Positions 57,646-64,000 of a stretch of 64,000 nucleotides of DNA are shown here, piece after piece. The notes under the pieces are model-generated. The model ran no database searches. It was not told where the DNA came from and saw only the letters and a list, made by a program, of their open reading frames with translations. The position numbers were made by a program, and so were the translations under genes. Source of the stretch: Minisyncoccota bacterium (lineage in GTDB: Bacteria > Patescibacteriota > Minisyncoccia > JBAYJV01); assembly GCA_041664925.1 (NCBI GenBank), contig JBAYJV010000001.1, positions 56,121-120,120 of the forward strand, given 5' to 3'. Positions within the stretch are counted from its first letter, which is position 1, and every line of letters starts with the position of its first letter.

Positions 57646-58896
57646 CTATTTGCCTATTTTATCTTCACAATCCTTGAGTAAATCTTTTATTTTTTGATCT
57701 CCAGACCCAAGTTTAATCGCCATCTCAAAAGATTCCTTGGCATATTCAAACTTATCTTGATTGTAATAAATTTTCCCTAATCTCTTATACGCTTCAATGT
57801 TTTTAGGATCTTCAACAATCTGAGCTATAAGCTCATCTTCAATTTTTTGAATAGTTTCTTGAGATACCTGATCGCTTGGAGGATTAATATTTTTAACTTC
57901 TGGTTTGGCAATTTCGACAATTTCCTTTTCTATCTCCTCTTCCACTTCTCTCTCAATTTTATCGACTATATTCTCTTCCTCTGGTTTTATTGCTTCTACA
58001 GGAATTTTCTGCTCAACTTCCTTCTTTTCTCCACTTACAATTTCTGACTCAGCCTCAATTACATGTTTCTTTTCTTCCGCTTTTCCTGTCTTTCTTAAAA
58101 GTTCTCCTAAAAATATTTCAGGCTTAAAAGTAATGTTTCTTTTCTGGCTTAATTGTTTTTTAAGCTTTTTGTCTTCTTCTGACAACACAACGCGAACTTT
58201 AATTTTCTTTACTAACTCTCGAAAAAGAATTAATGCTTTTTTTATTTCTATTTTTTTAGCAATTTTTTTTACCCCACCAGCAGATCCTTTTGCGGCAAAT
58301 TCGATTCCTTTTCTGGTACGACTAAGCAGGTTGAGGCCCTTTTTAGAAAATGCCACTAAAATTTCTTTCGATTTGTCGTCTATTTTTCCGTTATTCTTAC
58401 CAAACTTTTTAAATAAACTTTTTTTAGCTTCTTCTATTGGAACAACTTCTTTTTCAATTTTCTCTTCCATTAGTTCATTTTCTTTTTTCTCTTGATCATT
58501 TTCTATTCTGGTTGTTATAAAATCTATGTTTTGCTTTTTTGAAAATTTCTTTTTTAAACTTCTAAAAACTTTTTTTAAAGATCTTCCGACAAAGACAACT
58601 ATTTTCTTTACCCTTTCCCTTAAAAACATAAAGACTTTCCTAGTTATTTCGCCAATTTTTTTAATTTTTATTTTTGCAAAAAAACTTAAGATTTTGTTTT
58701 TATCTACCGATTTAATCTTGCCAAAAACTTTCTTTGTGACTACTTTTGTGCTTTCAAACATCTTCTCAACTGGCTTCATTGAAATCTCAGCAGCATTTAA
58801 ATCTTCTTCTTTGACCTTATTCCATTTCTGTCGATAAAGGTAAACAAAATAGACCACTCCTATTACCAGGACGATATAGAGAATAATTTCTAGCAT
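57646..58896 (-). CDS. K/E-rich membrane-anchored protein with a C-terminal TPR-like repeat
   Basis: N-terminal TM, a long charged low-complexity region, and a C-terminal AYKRLGKIYYNQDKFEYAKESFEMAIKLG. Confidence 0.4.
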   Translation of the reverse strand: MLEIILYIVLVIGVVYFVYLYRQKWNKVKEEDLNAAEISMKPVEKMFESTKVVTKKVFGKIKSVDKNKILSFFAKIKIKKIGEITRKVFMFLRERVKKIVVFVGRSLKKVFRSLKKKFSKKQNIDFITTRIENDQEKKENELMEEKIEKEVVPIEEAKKSLFKKFGKNNGKIDDKSKEILVAFSKKGLNLLSRTRKGIEFAAKGSAGGVKKIAKKIEIKKALILFRELVKKIKVRVVLSEEDKKLKKQLSQKRNITFKPEIFLGELLRKTGKAEEKKHVIEAESEIVSGEKKEVEQKIPVEAIKPEEENIVDKIEREVEEEIEKEIVEIAKPEVKNINPPSDQVSQETIQKIEDELIAQIVEDPKNIEAYKRLGKIYYNQDKFEYAKESFEMAIKLGSGDQKIKDLLKDCEDKIGK

Positions 58897-58906
58897 AAGA
58901 AAATGC

Positions 58907-59494
58907 TTAGATTTGATAGCGAGTGAATCTCGTAATTTGAATGTTTTCTCCTAATCGAGCAATAATCTCCTTGAGCAACTGATCAATGGTTTTTGATTCA
59001 TCTCTAAAATAAGACTGAGATAGAAGAGAGTTTTCTTTTTTAAATTTATCGATTTTTGAAGTAATTGCCTTTTCTAACCGTTCTCCTTGAAGTTTTTGTC
59101 CGATAAATTCTTCTCTAAATAATTTTTCTTGTTTTTTAAGATCTTCCTCGGGAATATAATCAGGCGACAAATAAATTGGATTATAACCAGTTATCTGAAG
59201 AGTTAATTCCTTACAAAATTCTTTAAATTCTGTGTTTTTTGCAACAAAATCAGTCTCGCAATGAACTTCGACTATAGCTCCAATTTTTTGATTGCCATGG
59301 ATATAGGCATGAATTATTCCTTGATTTGTTTCCCTGGTTAATTTTTTTTCTGCAACTTTTTCTCCTTGACCCCTTAAAATTTCTTTTGCTTTCTTAAAAT
59401 CACCTTTTGCGTCAGTCAGGGCTTTTTTGCAGGCCATCATTGATACTCCAGTTTCTTCGCGAAGTTTTTTAACATCTTGGGCTGAAATGTTCAT
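58907..59494 (-). CDS. tsf: Elongation factor Ts
   Basis: N-terminal VKKLREETGVSMMACKKALTDAKGDFKKAKEILR (UBA-like), then the EF-Ts core. Confidence 0.85.
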   Translation of the reverse strand: MNISAQDVKKLREETGVSMMACKKALTDAKGDFKKAKEILRGQGEKVAEKKLTRETNQGIIHAYIHGNQKIGAIVEVHCETDFVAKNTEFKEFCKELTLQITGYNPIYLSPDYIPEEDLKKQEKLFREEFIGQKLQGERLEKAITSKIDKFKKENSLLSQSYFRDESKTIDQLLKEIIARLGENIQITRFTRYQI

Positions 59495-59532
59495 AGTATC
59501 TTTAAATTACAATTATATCCTTATTAATGTGA

Positions 59533-60291
59533 CTATTCAGATTTCTCAACAGGTGATGCTGTTCTTCCTCGACCGCTTTTAATCGCTTCACCTACTTTTC
59601 CTAAAATATATTCTATTGCCATCAAGGAGTCATCATTAGCGGGAATAGGATAATCAATGTCTCGAATGTCAGCATCCGTATCGCATATAGCAACAACCTT
59701 AATGCCTTGTTTTTTTGCTTCACCAATAGCTAAATAACTATTTGGGACATCTAATAAGAAGAGGGCTTTTGGCATTTTTTCAAGGATCCCAAGTCCGCCC
59801 CAAACTCTATGAAGACGCTCTGCTTCTTTAACAATAACGCGCTTATCTTTCTTGGATATGGCCTCAAATTCTTGGCTTTTCTGTTTGGCTTCTAATTCTT
59901 GAAGACGAGCAATGCGTTTTTTAATAGTGGTAAAGTTTGTTAAAATACCGCCAATCCACCTTTCTGTAATGTGGAGTAGTTTATTTTCTGTGGCAAATTT
60001 ATGTAAGAAGGCGCGAACATTTGGTTTTGTGCCAATAAAAACCATCTCATCCTTATTTGCATAAAGATCTCTGATAAACTCTACTGCCTCGGCTAGCTTC
60101 TCTTGAGTCTTTTCAATATCCATAAGATAGATATTGTTGCGCTTCTCAAATACGAAAGGCAACATGCTGGGATGCCAGCGGGATTTCTTGTGACCAAGAT
60201 GAATACCGAGCTTTAAAAGACTATTATTGTCGGTTTGAACAACTTTCTTTGTGCTGATAGTAGACATTTTTTCTTTAAAATTTTTTAGCAA
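59533..60291 (-). CDS. rpsB: 30S ribosomal protein S2
   Basis: LLKLGIHLGHKKSRWHPSMLPFVF plus the conserved central and C-terminal S2 blocks. Confidence 0.9.
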   Translation of the reverse strand: MLKNFKEKMSTISTKKVVQTDNNSLLKLGIHLGHKKSRWHPSMLPFVFEKRNNIYLMDIEKTQEKLAEAVEFIRDLYANKDEMVFIGTKPNVRAFLHKFATENKLLHITERWIGGILTNFTTIKKRIARLQELEAKQKSQEFEAISKKDKRVIVKEAERLHRVWGGLGILEKMPKALFLLDVPNSYLAIGEAKKQGIKVVAICDTDADIRDIDYPIPANDDSLMAIEYILGKVGEAIKSGRGRTASPVEKSE

Positions 60292-60490
60292 TAAAACTTA
60301 AACAAGGTTAAATCTAAAGACTAACCCAAGTAAGTAAAAGTATATCAAAGTCTTGAAAAAATGCAAGAACCTTAATGAAAAATCCAAATTTCAAAGCCTA
60401 AATATCAAATCAATGCCAAATGATTTAATTTTTAAATTTAACTAACAAAAAGGGAGCGGGTTTTCTTTCCCGCTCCTCAGGCTAACTGGC

Positions 60491-60841
60491 TTATTCCTCC
60501 AAAAGTGTGGCATATCCAAGCTTTTCAAGCAAGCGCTCAAGCTTGGCTCGAGGCCCAGAGAAGACAATCTGTGATTTACATACAAGGAACTTATCTTTAC
60601 ACCTCTGGTCCCTTTCTTCAACGACAGTAGCATCGATCACTGATTTACTTTCATCAATTTGCCATACAGATTCTTCGATTACGCAATAACAGCACGGATA
60701 CCTGAAGTGACCGACTCTCTTGTGTCTGCTAATAACATAAACTACGGGTATTAAGCCAAAACCCATAGAACCAGACTTAACTGCCAAAACATCTTTTAAT
60801 GCTACTTCCCTGGTCTTTTTCTTTTCAGTCTTTTTAGTCAT
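60491..60841 (-). CDS. Hypothetical protein (116 aa)
   Basis: ORF with a basic N-terminus. No family recognised. Confidence 0.35.
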   Translation of the reverse strand: MTKKTEKKKTREVALKDVLAVKSGSMGFGLIPVVYVISRHKRVGHFRYPCCYCVIEESVWQIDESKSVIDATVVEERDQRCKDKFLVCKSQIVFSGPRAKLERLLEKLGYATLLEE

Positions 60842-60914
60842 TTTTCCTCCTTAATGCCCCAGTGATTTCTCCAATGCCGTTAGCGTATCATGCTTAGTTT
60901 AAAAAAGCAAGTGT

Positions 60915-61085
60915 TTTGACTAAAATTCGAAGCACGAAATCAGAAATACGAAACAAATTCAAAATTCTAATAATTAATTTTAAAAACTGTTTAGAATTTA
61001 ATATTTTTGAATTTAAATATTGTTTCGAATTTCCCTGCCTGACGGCAGTCAGGGATATTCGAATTTCGAATTTGATTGCGTACTT
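60915..61085. repeat. ~130-bp inverted-end element, copy 3, carrying an embedded CCTGCC..GGCAGG-family hairpin at 61034-61054
   Basis: aaaattcgaagcacgaaatcagaaatacgaaacaa ... ttgtttcgaatttccctgcctgacggcagtcagggatattcgaatttcg. Confidence 0.55.
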
Positions 61086-61138
61086 GCAAACCCTTTTAAA
61101 GTATGCTATTTTAAGATATTAAATTTGTATCAAAACTT

Positions 61139-61393
61139 ATGAAAGATAAAATTCATCCAAAATACAATTCTGAAGCAGAAGTCAGTTGCGATTGTGGCGC
61201 AAAATTCAACGTTGGATCAACCCTTGAAAAGATTCATACCGAAATCTGCTACAAATGTAATCCTCTCTACACCGGAGAAAAGAGAATTGTCGATACTGCT
61301 GGACGAGTTGAAAAGTTTAAAGCAAGAAGTCAAAAAACGAAGACAATCAAAGAAGATAAAAAAACTAAAACTACCAAAAAATCTAAGAAATAA
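61139..61393 (+). CDS. rpmE: 50S ribosomal protein L31
   Basis: MKDKIHPKYNSEAEVSCDCGAKFNVGST...CYKCNPLYTGE with the C4 zinc motif. Confidence 0.85.
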   Translation: MKDKIHPKYNSEAEVSCDCGAKFNVGSTLEKIHTEICYKCNPLYTGEKRIVDTAGRVEKFKARSQKTKTIKEDKKTKTTKKSKK

Positions 61394-61400
61394 TTAGATT

Positions 61401-62135
61401 ATGGACAAAAACGCTTTAGTTATGGAAATCAGACCAGGGGCTGGAGGAGACGAGGCCGCTCTTTTTGCCGCTGATCTTTTGCGCATGTATCAAAAATTTA
61501 TTGAAAAAAAAGGCTGGCGCATGACTTTTGAAGAAATTGAAAGAACCAGTTTGGGTGGCATTAAATATGCCGTTTTAAGTATTAAAGGAGAAGGCGTGGC
61601 CGATATTTTAGCTCATGAAGGAGGCGTTCATCGCGTTCAGAGAATTCCCAAAACAGAAAAAAGCGGACGCGTTCATACTTCTGCCGCTTCAGTGGCAATC
61701 CTGCCTCAAATGGAAGAACTTTCAGGACTCGAAATTAATCCTCAGGATTTAAAAATAGACACTTACCGATCTTCCGGCGCTGGCGGACAACATGTTAATG
61801 TGACAGAATCCGCTATAAGAATTACTCACATTCCTACTGGACTGGTGATCACTTGTCAAGACGAAAGATCTCAGCATAAAAATCGAGAAAAGGCGATGAA
61901 GAAAATAAAAACAGAATTGTTCTACATGAAAAAACGCCAAGGCGTTGAAAAAGTTGATCAAATCCGCCGAGAGCAAGTTATGGAATCAGACAGGTCCGAC
62001 AAAATCCGCACCTATAATTTCCCGCAAAATCGGCTTACTGATCATCGCATTAATAAATCGTGGCAGAATCTTGATAGCATTATCGAAGGAGACTTGGATA
62101 AGGTTACTAAGACTTTGTCACAAACATTAAAATAA
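61401..62135 (+). CDS. prfA: Peptide chain release factor 1-like (GGQ, PxT-type) lacking the N-terminal domain 1. 244 aa.
   Basis: It starts at the domain-2 motif [22 protein letters not shown]. It has [18 protein letters not shown] (the PxT loop) and SGAGGQHVN, and ends with the RF1-type [14 protein letters not shown]. Confidence 0.75.
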   Translation: MDKNALVMEIRPGAGGDEAALFAADLLRMYQKFIEKKGWRMTFEEIERTSLGGIKYAVLSIKGEGVADILAHEGGVHRVQRIPKTEKSGRVHTSAASVAILPQMEELSGLEINPQDLKIDTYRSSGAGGQHVNVTESAIRITHIPTGLVITCQDERSQHKNREKAMKKIKTELFYMKKRQGVEKVDQIRREQVMESDRSDKIRTYNFPQNRLTDHRINKSWQNLDSIIEGDLDKVTKTLSQTLK

Positions 62136-62175
62136 ATAAAAAAAGGAGGGCCTTTACTGAAAGGGGGTGAAATAA

Positions 62176-62901
62176 ATGGCTAAAAAAATTAAAAAAGGCT
62201 CAGAAAAATTTGAGGAAGAAAAAGAATTTGATCTGCCTGAGGGTTTGGAATTATTAGAAACAAATGGTTGGGGTAATAAGGTTTTTAAGTGGATAAAAGA
62301 TAACTTCTCAGCGATCATTCTTCCAATTATCGCTCTTGTTATTCTAGGCGGAGGTATTTACCTCTATTCGCAACAGAAAAGCAATGATCTCAATGTAGAT
62401 CAATCAGATCTCCAAAGTGGTATTACTATCGATCTAGAGAAGAACGAAGGCGAAGAGGCAACACCAGTTGAAGAAGTAACAGAGACAAAAGAAGAGGTTG
62501 CTGTCGCCCCAATAACTGAAACAAAAACAGACGAGACCGTGGTTAAAAACGAAGAAGTTAAGACTGATACAGAAGAAACTGTTATCACTCCTGCTCCAGT
62601 AACAGGGTCAACTTCCTACAGTGAAGTAGCTCTGAAAGGAGATGGCGTGACCAATTTGGCTCGTCGCGCATTGAAGACTTATATTACTTCAAGCAATGTA
62701 AAACTTTCTGCTGAACAGAAGGTTTATGCTGAAGATTATATTCAAAACAACACAGGCACAAGAATGTTAAGTTCTGGAGAAAAAATTGAATTCTCCAATA
62801 ACCTGATTAAGGATGCTATCAGCCAGGCTCAGAAATTGACAGTTAATCAGCTCCATAACCTGGAACAATATTCTCGCTTAGTTCCTTCTCTTAACTATTA
62901 A
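62176..62901 (+). CDS. Membrane-anchored hypothetical protein with a T/E-rich linker
   Basis: One TM helix IILPIIALVILGGGIYLY, then a T/E/V-rich low-complexity region, then a C-terminal domain. Confidence 0.4.
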   Translation: MAKKIKKGSEKFEEEKEFDLPEGLELLETNGWGNKVFKWIKDNFSAIILPIIALVILGGGIYLYSQQKSNDLNVDQSDLQSGITIDLEKNEGEEATPVEEVTETKEEVAVAPITETKTDETVVKNEEVKTDTEETVITPAPVTGSTSYSEVALKGDGVTNLARRALKTYITSSNVKLSAEQKVYAEDYIQNNTGTRMLSSGEKIEFSNNLIKDAISQAQKLTVNQLHNLEQYSRLVPSLNY

Positions 62902-63099
62902 CCTATCATCTTTCGGTGATAGTTCTGAACTCAAGTTCTTTTGAATAAAATAACTGAACGCGTTCTTTAAATAAAACTTGTCAGGCGGAAGCGATAATTC
63001 GCATCTTGGCTTGGCCCAAAAGACTCTCCACAGGGAGAGTTTTTTGGTTAAAAAAAAGGCTCTTACGCAACTTGCGTAAGAGCTTCTATGTTGACTAGA

Positions 63100-63495
63100 C
63101 TAAATATCTAACTCTTTGACATGTGGCGTCAAGTCTCCTTCAATCAATATTCCTTCTTCTCTAATCTTACCAAGTAAACCTTCAATTCCCGGCATATTTC
63201 CAGAAAAAAATTGATGACTTGCTACTCGCATATGACTCAATTCCGGACAAACTTCACAATGATAAGAACTTCCACGGAACAGATTGCTTAATTTCTGAGC
63301 AAGCGCCGCTTTCTTTTCGTCCAAATTCCTGCAGGGGGTTCTTATCTTGACATCTCCTACGGTATATGTCGACTCTCCCGTTGGTTCACCAGTTACACTA
63401 CAATCTATTTCCAAATAATCATCAGCGATAATCGCCCCTGTTTTCGTATCGCCAGAAATCAAAGTTACCTCAACGCACCGTTTTTCTACTTTCAT
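63100..63495 (-). CDS. Hypothetical protein (131 aa) with a CxxC...H/C metal-binding pattern
   Basis: AAGGAGG sits 8 nt before the ATG at 63495. The longer frame from 63546 has no SD. Contains HCEVCPELSH. Confidence 0.4.
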   Translation of the reverse strand: MKVEKRCVEVTLISGDTKTGAIIADDYLEIDCSVTGEPTGESTYTVGDVKIRTPCRNLDEKKAALAQKLSNLFRGSSYHCEVCPELSHMRVASHQFFSGNMPGIEGLLGKIREEGILIEGDLTPHVKELDI

Positions 63496-63620
63496 ATTAT
63501 TCCTCCTTACCTGCTTGAAGCAGATCTCTTCTATGGCATACTTCATTATAGTACAAAAAAATAATTTGTCAAGTCAAAAAGAAAAGAGCCCCGGCTTACC
63601 GGGGCTCAAGGATTCAAAGA

Positions 63621-63926
63621 TCAAGATAACTTCCGAGCAGATGCAATACCTAAGCGAAGGCCAAGGGTATTATTACTCCTTGGACTAGCAATAAGGATAG
63701 TACTGCTATCATGTACGCCAATTTCAACATGTTGACCATTTAAGGTTATAGAACTAGTTCTCACATAAATTTCATTAAATAAGAAAACTTTTCTGACTCG
63801 ATAGAAAGCAATAATAAACCAAACTAGCTCAGCGACATTCGGAACCCTTTCTTCGCTAGATAAAAACTGAATTTGATTATCCCACTCTAGCATGAAACAA
63901 CGCGGAACTGTTCCTTTTCGAATCAT
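63621..63926 (-). CDS. Hypothetical protein (101 aa)
   Basis: ORF only. Low confidence. Confidence 0.25.
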   Translation of the reverse strand: MIRKGTVPRCFMLEWDNQIQFLSSEERVPNVAELVWFIIAFYRVRKVFLFNEIYVRTSSITLNGQHVEIGVHDSSTILIASPRSNNTLGLRLGIASARKLS

Positions 63927-64000
63927 TAACCATTCATGATTCGCTTTGTCTTCTTTGCCAAATAGTTGATTTTCATCTTCAATCCATCCACCTGACTTAA

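Noticed and set aside
61194-61397. ORF in the same frame as prfA, separated from it by a single TAG. It might have been the RF1 N-terminal domain through readthrough or frameshift.
   Set aside because: It overlaps rpmE almost entirely in another frame, and its sequence has no resemblance to RF domain 1. It is a spurious six-frame ORF.

Overview
This is a low-GC chromosome segment, about 35-40% GC in the core genes. By inference it looks like a reduced Patescibacteria/CPR-like genome, because the proteins are short, tRNA and ribosomal-protein genes are dispersed, and release factor 1 lacks its N-terminal domain. Core genes are mostly on the minus strand: rpoC (partial) and rpoB; dnaB; recR; rplU; secD and secF; gdhA; trxB; a glutaredoxin; a cell-envelope sugar cluster (rmlB, a cupin epimerase, several GT2 and GT4 glycosyltransferases, an O-antigen-ligase-like membrane protein); an archaeal-type FBP aldolase/phosphatase; a class I aldolase; tsf; rpsB; rpmE; rpmG; prfA; and tRNA-Trp, tRNA-Tyr and two tRNA-Thr genes. 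Scattered through this backbone are many compositionally atypical units of about 50% GC. Each unit carries a near-consensus sigma70 promoter (TTGAyw-N16/17-TATAAT), a perfect Shine-Dalgarno sequence and a strong intrinsic terminator. Most of these units encode unrecognisable small proteins. Seven things stand out. First, a complete diversity-generating retroelement (DGR) at 50.0-53.5 kb: an RT with the LGxxxSQ motif, an inverted avd, a template repeat, and two target genes whose variable regions differ from the template almost only at template adenines. Second, a 1.5 kb array of about 16 micro-ORFs of 6-49 aa at 28.56-30.02 kb (minus strand), nearly every one with an AAGGAGG-type Shine-Dalgarno sequence, in two modules that end in the same terminator. 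Third, a double-palindrome element (core GGAGGCTNAGCCTCC) recurring upstream of promoters, next to a winged-helix regulator gene. Fourth, an ~850 nt GC-rich promoter-to-terminator unit with no long ORF at 13.6-14.5 kb, a candidate large ncRNA. Fifth, a recurring RNA-like motif with a GUA/GAA internal loop, plus two intergenic repeat families (a 20-nt CCTGCCT..GGCAGG hairpin and an ~130 bp element with inverted ends). Sixth, a tRNA cluster with a nested or split tRNA-Thr(UGU) and a tRNA-Tyr fragment carrying a hairpin insertion. Seventh, a gene bounded by perfect 32-bp direct repeats. No rRNA, CRISPR array or transposase was seen.
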